A stretch of DNA of 64,000 nt from Opitutales bacterium (GTDB lineage Bacteria; Verrucomicrobiota; Verrucomicrobiia; Opitutales; UBA953). Location of the stretch: assembly GCA_017440935.1 (NCBI GenBank), contig JAFSAO010000020.1, forward strand, positions 13,955 through 77,954, in the 5' to 3' direction. Positions within the stretch are counted from its first letter, which is position 1. The number at the start of each line of letters is the position of its first letter. Positions 31,905 to 41,028 of the stretch are shown piece after piece. The notes beneath the pieces were generated by a model, which saw nothing but the letters and a program-made list of their open reading frames with translations, ran no database searches and was not told the DNA's origin. The translations under genes and the position numbers were made by a program.

Positions 31905-34376
31905 ATGGATACAACCGAACGTCTTTCTCCGACAAATATTACGGATATCATGCAAACCGCTTACATCGATTATTCGATGTCGGTCATCGTTTCCCGCGCG
32001 CTTCCCGATGCGCGCGACGGCTTGAAACCGGTTCAGCGCCGCGTGCTTTACGCGATGTTGCGCGAAGGTTTGCGTCACAATACCGCGTATGACAAATGCG
32101 CGGGCGTTGTCGGGGAAGTTCTGAAAAACTACCACCCGCACGGCGACAGCTCCGTTTACGATACGCTCGTGCGCCTCACGCAGGATTGGGTCATGCGCTA
32201 TCCGCTCGTGGACGGGCAGGGCAACTTCGGCTCGATCGAAGGCGACTCTGCGGCGGCTTACCGTTACACCGAGTGCCGCTTGCAGGAACTTTCCGAAGAT
32301 TTGTTGCGCGATATCGACGAAGACACCGTTGATTTTCAACCGAACTACAAGGAATCGACGACGGAGCCGAGCGTGCTTCCGAGCGCGCTTCCGAATTTGC
32401 TCCTAAACGGTTCGACCGGGATCGCCGTCGGCATGGCGACGAATATTCCGCCGCACAATCTCGGCGAACTCGTCGAAGTGTGCTGCCGCCTCATCGATAA
32501 CCCGATGCTTTCTTTCGATGAAATCGAAGAAATCATCAAAGGTCCGGACTTCCCGACCGGCGGTTGCATCTGCGGAACGGACGGCATTAAGCAATATCTT
32601 CGCACCGGGCGCGGGATCGTGAAAGTTCGCGGGATCGCGCACATCGAAGAAATCAAAAACGGTTTTGAACAAATCGTCATCACGGAAATCCCGTATAACG
32701 TGAACCGCGAAGCGCTCGTGAAGCGTATTGCGGAACTCGTGAACGAAAAAGTGCTTCCGGAAGTGCGCGACCTGCGCAACGAATCCGACGCGAACACGCG
32801 CATCGTGATTGAGCTCAAGCGCGGCGAATCCGAGCGCGTTGTGATGAACAAACTTTACAAGCATACGGCGCTCGAATCGTCGTTCGGCGCGATTTTGCTC
32901 GCGCTCGACCACACGCGTCCGAAGCAGATGAACATCCGCGAAATGCTCGAATGCTTCATCGAGCACCGCCGCGACGTCATCACGCGCCGCACGCGTTTCC
33001 GTCTGCGCAAGGCCGAAGCCCGCGCGCATATTCTTGAAGGTTTCAAAATCGCATATCGCAACCTCGACGATTTCGTCCACATTATCCGTTCCTCGAAGGA
33101 TCGAGACGAAGCGGCGCAAAAGCTCATGGCGAAATACGGTTTGTCCGAAATTCAGGTCAAAGCGATTCTCGATATGCGCCTGTATCAGCTCACGGGCTTG
33201 GAAATCGACAAGATTGAAGCGGAATACATCGAGCTCATGGGCTACATCGACGAATGTCGCGAAATTCTTTCCAACGAAAAGAAGTTGCTCGAACTCGTGA
33301 AAACGGAACTGCGAGCGATGGGCGAAAAATATGCGTCCCCGCGCAAAACGGAAATCCGTCCGGCGGAAGGCGAATTCCGTCCGGAAGACGTTATTCCGAA
33401 CGAAGGTTGCATGATTTCCGTTTCGCACGAAGGCTTCATTAAGCGCACGTCGCTTGACCTTTACCGCACGCAGAAGCGAGGCGGGAAGGGGCTTATCGGT
33501 TCGGAAACCCACAACGAAGATTTCATCGAATATCTTTTCTCCGCGAAAACGCACGACACGATTATGTTCTTCACGAACAAAGGTCGTGTTTACGTTCAGA
33601 AAGCCTACGAAATTCCGGAAGGTTCCCGCACCTCGAAAGGACGCTCCATCGTGAACGTTATCGAAATGCAGGAAGGGGAAAAACTTGCGACACTCCTTTG
33701 TATTCCGGAATTTACCGACACGAAAAACGTCTTCTTCTGCACGAAAAACGGTGTGGTTAAGAAAACGACGCTCTCCGAATACAAAAATTGCAATCGCCGC
33801 GGGATCATCGCCATCAATCTCCGCGAAGGTGACGACCTCATTTCTGTCAAACTTACGAACGGGAACGATCAGGTCATTCTCATTACGGAAAACGGCATGA
33901 CGATCCGCTTCGACGAAACCGACGCGCGCAACCTCGGGCGTTCCGCCGCCGGTGTGACGGGAATGAAGCTCCGCGAAGGCGATTCTGTCGTCGCGATGGA
34001 AGTCGTCGATCCCGCGTGCACGCTTCTTATTGCCGGGAAAAACGGTATCGGCAAGCGCACGCAATATGACGATGAGGAAGGAGAAGTCTTCCGCAAGCAA
34101 AATCGCGGCGGCGTCGGCGTCATCGGCATCAAGAATAAATCCGGCGTCGCGGGCGCGCTCAGCGTGCTCGATTCCGACCAAGTGATGCTCCTGACGAAGG
34201 GCGGGCAGGCAATCCGCATGCCGGTCAAGGGTATTCGCCGCACGGGGCGCGCCGCGCAAGGCGTGAAGCTCATGGACATCGATACCAAGGCGGGCGAAGA
34301 AGTCATCGGCATTTGCAAAGTCATCACCGGCGACGACGAAACGGACGCCGTTGCTCCGATTCCGACCGTAGGATAA
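31905..34376 (+). CDS. gyrA: DNA gyrase subunit A
   Basis: [34 protein letters not shown] and the GyrA-box QKRGGKG. Confidence 0.98.
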   Translation: MDTTERLSPTNITDIMQTAYIDYSMSVIVSRALPDARDGLKPVQRRVLYAMLREGLRHNTAYDKCAGVVGEVLKNYHPHGDSSVYDTLVRLTQDWVMRYPLVDGQGNFGSIEGDSAAAYRYTECRLQELSEDLLRDIDEDTVDFQPNYKESTTEPSVLPSALPNLLLNGSTGIAVGMATNIPPHNLGELVEVCCRLIDNPMLSFDEIEEIIKGPDFPTGGCICGTDGIKQYLRTGRGIVKVRGIAHIEEIKNGFEQIVITEIPYNVNREALVKRIAELVNEKVLPEVRDLRNESDANTRIVIELKRGESERVVMNKLYKHTALESSFGAILLALDHTRPKQMNIREMLECFIEHRRDVITRRTRFRLRKAEARAHILEGFKIAYRNLDDFVHIIRSSKDRDEAAQKLMAKYGLSEIQVKAILDMRLYQLTGLEIDKIEAEYIELMGYIDECREILSNEKKLLELVKTELRAMGEKYASPRKTEIRPAEGEFRPEDVIPNEGCMISVSHEGFIKRTSLDLYRTQKRGGKGLIGSETHNEDFIEYLFSAKTHDTIMFFTNKGRVYVQKAYEIPEGSRTSKGRSIVNVIEMQEGEKLATLLCIPEFTDTKNVFFCTKNGVVKKTTLSEYKNCNRRGIIAINLREGDDLISVKLTNGNDQVILITENGMTIRFDETDARNLGRSAAGVTGMKLREGDSVVAMEVVDPACTLLIAGKNGIGKRTQYDDEEGEVFRKQNRGGVGVIGIKNKSGVAGALSVLDSDQVMLLTKGGQAIRMPVKGIRRTGRAAQGVKLMDIDTKAGEEVIGICKVITGDDETDAVAPIPTVG

Positions 34377-34393
34377 TTTTTTCCACGCAGCTC

Positions 34394-34443
34394 AAAACGC
34401 GTTCCCGTGAAGGATATTCTTTTACGGGAACGCGTTTTTTTTA
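34394..34443 (+). terminator. Intrinsic terminator after gyrA
   Basis: Stem AAAACGCGTTCCCGTGAAG / TTTTACGGGAACGCGTTTT followed by a T-run. Confidence 0.85.
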
Positions 34444-34527
34444 CGAAAAAATTGTAGCTGTCATAAAGTCGTAAGCGAAAAAACTCTCACCTTTAAATTT
34501 TCCCGGAATACGATTAAGCTCCGAGTC

Positions 34528-34968
34528 ATGACAGAAGAAGTATTACAAGCCATTCCGCACCGCCCGCCGTTTTTGTTCATTGACAAGGTGATTGAAACCC
34601 GCGAGGACGGCATTGTGTGTTCCCGTACGTTTCGTGCCGACGAAAAGTTCTACGAGGGCCACTATCCGAATGCGCCGCTTACGCCGGGTGTTTTGCTCTG
34701 CGAAAGTGTTTTTCAGGCGGCGGCGATTTATCTGGTGAAAAAAGCGCAGGCGAGCGGCGACGCGGATTTTGCAAATCGCACTCCTGTGCTCTGCCGTATC
34801 GAAAACGCAAAGTTTAAGGGAATGGTGTTCCCGGGTGACGAAATTATCATCGACGTGAAAGACAGCGAAACACTCGCAGGTTTTTACTATCTTTCCGCAA
34901 ACGTCAAATGTAAGGGTAAAACGGTGCTTCAAATCAAATTTGCCCTCGCGATGATCGAGAAGAAATAG
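34528..34968 (+). CDS. fabZ: 3-hydroxyacyl-ACP dehydratase (FabZ/FabA hotdog family)
   Basis: IPHRPPFLFID, GHYP...PGVLLCE and FKGMVFPGD motifs; adjacent to fabI. Confidence 0.8.
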   Translation: MTEEVLQAIPHRPPFLFIDKVIETREDGIVCSRTFRADEKFYEGHYPNAPLTPGVLLCESVFQAAAIYLVKKAQASGDADFANRTPVLCRIENAKFKGMVFPGDEIIIDVKDSETLAGFYYLSANVKCKGKTVLQIKFALAMIEKK

Positions 34969-35032
34969 ATTTTGAGAAAATCAGTGAAAATTTTGAGCCG
35001 GTTTTTTTCGATAAATTTTTAGCAAAGAAAAA

Positions 35033-35830
35033 ATGAGTGATTTTTTGAAGTTGGAGGGTAAAAAAATTGTCGTTACAGGCGTGGCGAATCGCAAATCCGT
35101 GGCGTGGTTTACGGCAAAAACCTTGGAAGAGGCGGGCGCGAAGGTGATTTATTCCGTGCGATCGCGGGAACGCGCGGAAACGCTCGCGAAGTTACTCGAA
35201 GGTAAACCGGTTTACATTTGCGACGTTGAACGCGAGAACGAAATTCCCGCGCTTGCCGAAGCCGTTTCCCGCGACCACGGGAACGTGGACGGTTTGTTGC
35301 ACAGCATCGCGTTTGCCAACTACGCAGACGGTTTTAAACCGTTCCACGAAACGAAACGCACCGACTTTTTGCAGGCAACGGCGATTTCCGCATTTTCGCT
35401 CGTGGAGCTTTCCCGTGTGTTTGCGCCGCATATGAACGCGGGAGCGGCGGTCGTCTCTGTCGGCATTTCCTCACAGGTTACGGCGGCGAATTACGGTTAT
35501 ATGTCTCCGATTAAAGCGGCGCTCGAATCTGCTTCGCGTTTTTTGGCAAAATCGTTTTCCTCGCAGGGAATCCGCTTCAATTCCGTAAATGCGGGTCCGC
35601 TGAAAACTTCGGCATCGGCGGGAATCCCCGGTTATTTGAAGAATTATCTTTTCGCGGAAAAACTCACGATGCGCAAGGCGAACATCACGACGCAGGAAGT
35701 GGCGGACGCAATCGTGTGGCTCCTCTCTCCGCGCTCGTCCGGCGTGAACGCGCAATCAATTGTCGTTGATGCGGGAATGGGCTGGAACTTTTTTGAAGAA
35801 GGCGTTGTCGAAAAGGCGACGGAGCTTTGA
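35033..35830 (+). CDS. fabI: Enoyl-ACP reductase
   Basis: VTGVANRKSVAW, LLHSIAFA, Y.YMSPIKAALE and NAGPLKT motifs. Confidence 0.88.
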   Translation: MSDFLKLEGKKIVVTGVANRKSVAWFTAKTLEEAGAKVIYSVRSRERAETLAKLLEGKPVYICDVERENEIPALAEAVSRDHGNVDGLLHSIAFANYADGFKPFHETKRTDFLQATAISAFSLVELSRVFAPHMNAGAAVVSVGISSQVTAANYGYMSPIKAALESASRFLAKSFSSQGIRFNSVNAGPLKTSASAGIPGYLKNYLFAEKLTMRKANITTQEVADAIVWLLSPRSSGVNAQSIVVDAGMGWNFFEEGVVEKATEL

Positions 35831-35840
35831 GAAAAAAGAA

Positions 35841-35883
35841 AAAGCCGGGCATCTTACTTTCGGATGTCCGGCTTTTTTTTTAG
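35841..35883. terminator. Bidirectional intrinsic terminator
   Basis: AAAGCCGGGCATC / GATGTCCGGCTTT stem with A- and T-runs between convergent genes. Confidence 0.8.
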
Positions 35884-36596
35884 TTTGACGCTTTGGCGAT
35901 TTCGTTGCGCGCATCGCGAAGGATGCGCAGGCAAATGTCGCGCAAATCCATAAGAGCGCAACGCAACTCGCAAACAAGATTGGTGTAACCGTCGTCGTTG
36001 ACGGCTGTCGGCAGACATTCCATTTCCGCGAAATGGCGATTCAGTTCGGAGTGCACGTTTTTCATCAGGCAGATCGCTAAGCCGAGCTCCATGGCATCTT
36101 CCGCATCAATGGCAAGAAGCATATCTCGTTGAGCCGAGGCGAGGGATTCCGCGAGCGCGGAGCCGGATCGGGCGGAAAGTTTGCCGGCGTAGGGCGTTCC
36201 CCAGAGGCGTTGCCAACGGGAACGCGCAAAACGGTAAATGGCGGAAACGGCAATGCTTTCCGGAAGATTGTGCAAAGAGTAAACAGCGGGAAATTCCTGT
36301 GCGGGTGCGGGGTCTGCGGAAAACTCTTCCGAGGGGGCTTCCTCCGCGCTGTCGCTCGATTCCGTGCTTAAATGCCAACCCATCGCGAGGGCGCAATGGT
36401 CGAGGCGGTCGCCGTCGCAGTCGCGTTCTTCTTCCGGAATGTGAAACGATTCTTCGTAAAATTTCAGAAAACGGGTAGTTTCGCGTTCGGCACGGAACAA
36501 AAGTTCCCGCCATTCGCGTTCCGTGCGTAAAACCTGGCGGCGACCGTTGCTGTTTTCTCCGCCATTGGAATCTTGTCTGTTTTCTGATTCGTTCAT
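35880..36596 (-). CDS. Hypothetical all-helical protein
   Basis: Normal codon usage from ATG 36596 (MNESEN). The upstream ORF extension runs into tRNA-Cys and is rejected. Confidence 0.7.
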   Translation of the reverse strand: MNESENRQDSNGGENSNGRRQVLRTEREWRELLFRAERETTRFLKFYEESFHIPEEERDCDGDRLDHCALAMGWHLSTESSDSAEEAPSEEFSADPAPAQEFPAVYSLHNLPESIAVSAIYRFARSRWQRLWGTPYAGKLSARSGSALAESLASAQRDMLLAIDAEDAMELGLAICLMKNVHSELNRHFAEMECLPTAVNDDGYTNLVCELRCALMDLRDICLRILRDARNEIAKASN

Positions 36597-36738
36597 CAAA
36601 AAAAAAGCGTTGCGTGAAGATTCTTCTTTTCGGAAGCGCTCTGCAAGCACCAAAAGTCGCTTGCGAATAACTTTTTGGAGAAATGGAGCTTGCAAATCTC
36701 CGGGGAAAGAGTATCGTTCTCCCCATTGTTCTTTTTTA

Positions 36739-36813
36739 GGCGTGGTAGCCAAGTGGGAAGGCCGAGGTCTGCAAAATCTCTATGAGTCGGTTCGATTCCG
36801 ACCCACGCCTCCA
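36739..36813 (+). tRNA. tRNA-Cys (GCA)
   Basis: Acceptor stem GGCGTGG/CCACGCC, anticodon arm GAGGT-CTGCAAA-ATCTC, T-loop GGTTCGATTCC and encoded CCA. Upstream TTGCAA-N16-TATCGT is a promoter candidate. Confidence 0.97.
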
Positions 36814-36834
36814 ATTTCTTCCCAATCCAATAGA

Positions 36835-36909
36835 GCCCATAAGGTTCTCCTCCTTTCCCTTATGGGCAGCCCCGGCGAGTTTCCTCCTTTCTTCTCGCCG
36901 GGGCTTTTT
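36835..36909 (+). ncRNA. Candidate small RNA: two adjacent hairpins each displaying a CCUCCUUUC loop, the second also a terminator
   Basis: Hairpin 1: GCCCATAAGG-ttctcctcctttc-CCTTATGGGC. Hairpin 2: AGCCCCGGCGAG-tttcctcctttctt-CTCGCCGGGGCT followed by TTTT. The structure is seen directly; function is inferred. Confidence 0.55.
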
Positions 36910-36939
36910 GTTTACTTTTTCGCGGGAACGGCGGGAACG

Positions 36940-36968
36940 TTGACAGCGCGAAAAACCTTTTTTATAAT
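36940..36968 (+). promoter_or_regulatory. Perfect-consensus sigma70 promoter of the sulfatase gene
   Basis: TTGACA (36940-36945)-N17-TATAAT (36963-36968), ending 9 nt before the ATG. Confidence 0.8.
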
Positions 36969-36977
36969 CTCACGCGT

Positions 36978-38711
36978 ATGAAAAAGCTCCCCTGTTTCCC
37001 GCTTTGCGCGGCACTTGCCGTATCGGTTTTCGGCGTGAATGCCTTGGCTCAAACCGAAACCTCCGCCCGGAAGAAGCCGCTCAACGTCATTTATATTATG
37101 AGCGACGATCATGCCGTTCAGGCGATTTCCGCTTACGGGCATCCCATCGGGAAACTTGCGCCAACCCCGAATATTGACCGCATCGCCGAAAACGGAGCTC
37201 TGCTCATGCGCAATTATTGCGCAAACTCGATTTCCGGACCTTCCCGCGCGTGTGTGTTGACGGGGAAGCACTCCCACGCGAACGGTTACATGAGTAATGA
37301 ATGGGGCACGTTTGATAATCGCCAGAACAACGTTGCGAAAGTTTTCCGCGCGAACGGTTATCAGACGGGCATTATCGGAAAACTTCACTTGCCGAGCGAC
37401 CCGACCGGATTCGACTGGTGGCAGGTTTTCATCGGGCAGGGGCATTACATCAATCCGGATTTGCTTTGCGGCGACATCAACGGGCGTTTCAAAGGACCGC
37501 AAGGGCACATTATTGCCAACGGCTACTCCACGGAAATCGTTACCGACCGTGCTATCGACTGGCTCGAAAATCTGCGGGACAAATCCAAGCCGTTTTTCTT
37601 CATGGTGCACTACAAGGCTCCGCACCGGAATTGGATTCCCAAGGAAAAATATTACAACCTTTACGACAATGTGACGTTCCCGGAACCGTCGAATTTCTTC
37701 GACAATTACGAAGGGCGCTTTGCCGCAAAAGGGCAGGATATGTCGTTGCTGTGGACAATGCGCTGGGCGGCGGACTTAAAACTGTTCCCGTCGCGCGACC
37801 GTCATTCGTTCCCGCGCTGGATGCTTCCGCCGCGTATGTCCGACACGCAATACCAGAATTTTGTCAACGCCTACACGGCAAAAAATACGGCGTTTTTTGA
37901 TCAAAAAATTTGTACGGAAGCCGAATTTAACGAATGGCGCAAACATCGCCACGATGAAGCGTGGCTTGCCGCAAACAAGGAAAAACTCCAAAAATTCCAA
38001 AGCTGGGCGTATCAACGCTATATGCAGGACTACCTTGCGACGATTCGCGGCGTGGATGACGGCGTGGGCGAACTTCTCGACTACCTGAAAAAGAGCGGTT
38101 TGGATGAAAACACCGTCGTCTGCTACGCCTCCGATCAGGGATTTTATCTCGGCGAACACGGTTGGTTTGACAAACGTTTCATGTATGAAGAATCGTTCCG
38201 TATGCCGATGATGATGTCCGGTCCCGGAATTTTGAAAGGCAATAAAGTTAACCAGCTTACGCAAAATATCGACTTTGCGCCGACGTTCCTCGATATGTGC
38301 GGAATTGCCGTTCCCGCAGAAATGCAGGGAGAATCGTTTAAAGCACTTTTGGAGACGGACAAGCCGGTCGACACCTGGCGCGACTCGCTTTACTACTGCT
38401 ACTACGAGTATCCGGCGGAACATAGCGTGCGCCGCCACTGCGGTGTGAATTACCGGACACCCGACGGCTCGCAGGATTGGAAACTCATCCATTTTTACAA
38501 AGAAGATAAATGGGAACTCTTTGATTTGAATGCCGACCCGACCGAAGTGAATAATATTTACGGCAAGCCGGGCACGGAGGAAATCACAGCCAAGCTCAAA
38601 ACCAAGCTCAAGGAATTGCAGAAAAAGTACAACGTTCCCGAGGAATACATGAAGCCGGGAACGCCCTTGCGCAACGACGACAAGGTGCAACTGCAACCGC
38701 CGCTTGTCTGA
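36978..38711 (+). CDS. Exported Ser-type sulfatase (N-acetylglucosamine-6-sulfatase / mucin-desulfating-like)
   Basis: Signal peptide; IMSDDH, NSISGPSRA (S-x-P-x-R), LTGKHSH, GKLH, SDQGFYLGEHGWFDKRFMYEES and ELFDL..DP.E motifs. Confidence 0.88.
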   Translation: MKKLPCFPLCAALAVSVFGVNALAQTETSARKKPLNVIYIMSDDHAVQAISAYGHPIGKLAPTPNIDRIAENGALLMRNYCANSISGPSRACVLTGKHSHANGYMSNEWGTFDNRQNNVAKVFRANGYQTGIIGKLHLPSDPTGFDWWQVFIGQGHYINPDLLCGDINGRFKGPQGHIIANGYSTEIVTDRAIDWLENLRDKSKPFFFMVHYKAPHRNWIPKEKYYNLYDNVTFPEPSNFFDNYEGRFAAKGQDMSLLWTMRWAADLKLFPSRDRHSFPRWMLPPRMSDTQYQNFVNAYTAKNTAFFDQKICTEAEFNEWRKHRHDEAWLAANKEKLQKFQSWAYQRYMQDYLATIRGVDDGVGELLDYLKKSGLDENTVVCYASDQGFYLGEHGWFDKRFMYEESFRMPMMMSGPGILKGNKVNQLTQNIDFAPTFLDMCGIAVPAEMQGESFKALLETDKPVDTWRDSLYYCYYEYPAEHSVRRHCGVNYRTPDGSQDWKLIHFYKEDKWELFDLNADPTEVNNIYGKPGTEEITAKLKTKLKELQKKYNVPEEYMKPGTPLRNDDKVQLQPPLV

Positions 38712-38754
38712 GTTCCCGGGCTACTTTTTCGCTGTGTGCGGCGCTAAAAACGCG

Positions 38755-38782
38755 TTGCCATTATCGCGTGAGTCGCTAATTT
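38755..38782 (+). promoter_or_regulatory. Candidate sigma70 promoter of hprK
   Basis: TTGCCA-N16-TAATTT, ending 10 nt before ATG 38793. Confidence 0.45.
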
Positions 38783-38792
38783 TGTGCGTGCT

Positions 38793-39845
38793 ATGTCCGA
38801 CAGCTTTTTCTCGAAAAACGACCCCTTGGAAGATTTCGTTTCCGATTTTTTCGGACGCGACGAGGTGAAGGCGGAGCGCATCGAAACGGTGCATCGCCAG
38901 CGTCAGGTCACCGTGCGCGATTTTTATGAAAGCGCGCGGGAACGCCTGGACATGGAGCTTGTCGCGGGAGAAAAGGGCTTGGGCAACGTAATCGGCGAAA
39001 AGTCGCTGAATCGTCCGGCACTCGCGCTTACGGGTTATTTTAAACACTTCGGAAACCGTCGCCTGCAGCTTTTCGGCGCGGGGGAAATTTCTTATCTGAG
39101 CGATTTGCGTCCGGAAACGCAGATGGTTCTGCTTGAAGAAATTTTTGCGAAGGGAATTCCCGGAATTATTGTGTCGCGCGGTTTGCGTCCGACGCCGTCG
39201 ATGATCGATCTCGCCAATTCTTTTGGCGTTCCCGTTCTGCGTTCCCGTCTGAAATCGAAAGACTTTACGGCGGAAGCAACGATGTTGCTCGATCAGGAAT
39301 TTGCGCCGGAAACCAATATTCACGGGACGCTCATGGAGGTGCGCGGGAAAGGCGTTTTGATTCGCGGCGAAAGCGGCGTGGGGAAGAGCGAATGTGCGTT
39401 GGCGCTGATTGAGCGCGGTTATTTGCTTGTCGCGGACGATTATGTAACGGTGAAACTCGTCGGAGACAACACACTTATCGGTTCGTCAAAAGAGCTTAAT
39501 TACGGCTTCATGGAATGCCGCGGAATCGGAATCATCAACGTCGCGAGTATGTTCGGGGTGCGTTCCGTTCGCCGCTCGAAACGCATCGATTTGGTCGTTT
39601 CGCTCGTCCATTGGAAAGACGGCATGGAGGAGGAACGGACAGGGATGGAAACGCAGGTGTTTGAAGTTTTGGGAAAGCGAATTCCGAAAATTCAGCTTGC
39701 CGTGCGTCCCGGGCGCGACATGGCACGTCTTGTCGAAGTTGCCGTTATGGTGCACACGTTGCGCGAAATGGGGCACGATCCCGCGCAGGAACTGAACGAG
39801 CGCCTAATTTCGACAATGGAAAAGCATCTGCACGAGGACGCTTGA
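38793..39845 (+). CDS. hprK: HPr kinase/phosphorylase
   Basis: [39 protein letters not shown] and VRPGRD motifs. Confidence 0.95.
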   Translation: MSDSFFSKNDPLEDFVSDFFGRDEVKAERIETVHRQRQVTVRDFYESARERLDMELVAGEKGLGNVIGEKSLNRPALALTGYFKHFGNRRLQLFGAGEISYLSDLRPETQMVLLEEIFAKGIPGIIVSRGLRPTPSMIDLANSFGVPVLRSRLKSKDFTAEATMLLDQEFAPETNIHGTLMEVRGKGVLIRGESGVGKSECALALIERGYLLVADDYVTVKLVGDNTLIGSSKELNYGFMECRGIGIINVASMFGVRSVRRSKRIDLVVSLVHWKDGMEEERTGMETQVFEVLGKRIPKIQLAVRPGRDMARLVEVAVMVHTLREMGHDPAQELNERLISTMEKHLHEDA

Positions 39846-39887
39846 AAATCCGGTGCAGTTCCGGTTTTAAAACGGAAGAAGGAAGTC

Positions 39888-39925
39888 TCTCGCGCGTTTG
39901 CGGACGCGCGGGAATTTTTTTTTTT
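39888..39925 (+). terminator. Intrinsic terminator after hprK
   Basis: TCTCGCGCGT-ttgcgg-ACGCGCGGGA followed by T11. Confidence 0.75.
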
Positions 39926-39926
39926 C

Positions 39927-39957
39927 AAAAAAAAGTCCCGTGCGGTTAACACGGGAT
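39927..39957 (-). terminator. Intrinsic terminator after tRNA-Gly
   Basis: On the minus strand TCCCGTG-ttaaccg-CACGGGA followed by C and T8. Confidence 0.75.
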
Positions 39958-39966
39958 TTAGGAAAG

Positions 39967-40042
39967 TGGAGCGGGCGAGCGGGTTCGAACCGCCAACATC
40001 CACCTTGGCAAGGTGGTACTCTACCAATTGAGCTACGCCCGC
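39967..40042 (-). tRNA. tRNA-Gly (GCC)
   Basis: GCGGGCG TAGCTCAATTGGTAGAGT, anticodon arm CCACC-TTGCCAA-GGTGG, GGTTCGAACCC and encoded CCA. Confidence 0.97.
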
Positions 40043-40085
40043 TTAGATTGCCGAAGCAATAAAATTAACGAAAAGGAAACTCTTT

Positions 40086-41006
40086 TTATTTGATGTTGTC
40101 AATGCCTTTTTGGAACTGTTCCCGAAGTTTCGGCTCCAACGGAAGGAATCCGGCTTCTGCGAGTTTGTTCGCCATCTCCTGCGAGTAGAGGTAGGAGAGA
40201 ACGGGTTTCAGCATTTGGCGGTTTTTCACGGGATAAACAATGTAGAGCGGAATCGCCAGCGGATAGTCGTTGTTGTAAACGTTGGTGAAAATCGGGGAAT
40301 ACGCCGTGGCGTTCGGGTTTTCATGATTGTCGGCGACGGCAAGTGTTTTAATCGGAACGCCGGCGGGTATTTGTTTTCCGACGATAGCGATGGTTCCCGG
40401 ATTGTTGATGATTTCCTTAAAAGCGTTCTCGTCGGAGGCAAGTCCGCGAACGGCGGAGCGCAGAGCAAAGTTCGGGAGCACTTTGCGTTGAAAATACGTG
40501 ACGGCGTTTGTTCGGGAGAGGTCGCCGGTGCATGGCGTGAGTGCGGGGGAAAATTCCGCTGCGCCGAGCTCTTCCCAGCTCTTTGCGGATTTCTTCGCAA
40601 AGTTTCCGAAGATGGACGCGAGTTGCTCGAACGTAATTTCGTTGAGCGGATTGGCGGAGGCGACGGCGACGTAGGCGACCTGATAGGCGAGCGGGAACAC
40701 GCGCCAAGTGCCGTTCTTCACTTCTTCGATATTTTTTCCGCCACCGGGAAGCATGAGTAGGGCGAACTCCGCTTTGTCCACACGCAATTCCTTTTCGGCT
40801 GAAATACTCCCGCGCAACTTGCTTTCGGGCGCTTCACCGGTCGCTTTTTCGATGGCGGCATTCAGCGCTTTTTCCGTTTCCCCGACAAGAAAATCGGAGC
40901 CGGAGTAGCGAATCGGATCCGCAGAAAGTGCAAACGTTCCCGCGAGGAACAGGGAAACGGCGAGAAGTGTTTTCTTGGAAATAAAAGATGCGGCAGAAAA
41001 ATTCAT
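40086..41006 (-). CDS. Periplasmic substrate-binding protein, PstS/PBP-like
   Basis: Signal peptide; IRYSGSD, VAVASANPLNEITFEQLASIF and YPLAIPLYIVY patterns. Start at 41006 (alternative 41045). Confidence 0.7.
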   Translation of the reverse strand: MNFSAASFISKKTLLAVSLFLAGTFALSADPIRYSGSDFLVGETEKALNAAIEKATGEAPESKLRGSISAEKELRVDKAEFALLMLPGGGKNIEEVKNGTWRVFPLAYQVAYVAVASANPLNEITFEQLASIFGNFAKKSAKSWEELGAAEFSPALTPCTGDLSRTNAVTYFQRKVLPNFALRSAVRGLASDENAFKEIINNPGTIAIVGKQIPAGVPIKTLAVADNHENPNATAYSPIFTNVYNNDYPLAIPLYIVYPVKNRQMLKPVLSYLYSQEMANKLAEAGFLPLEPKLREQFQKGIDNIK

Positions 41007-41028
41007 ACCGCATCTTCTAGCACAGAAA

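Noticed and set aside
35880-36752. ORF-track 5' extensions (for example 36597-36752, 41007-41327, 55637-55816, 56172-56369, 57935-58162, 980-1120)
   Set aside because: They overlap tRNAs or neighbouring genes and lack family similarity, so downstream ATGs were chosen.
39915-39934. Homopolymer runs (T11, A8; also A9 before 56370) as phase-variation tracts
   Set aside because: They belong to terminators or A-rich start regions rather than lying within coding frames or promoter spacers.
36739-40042. Integrative element at tRNA-Cys or tRNA-Gly
   Set aside because: No integrase, and no duplicated tRNA 3' end (att site) was seen in the window.
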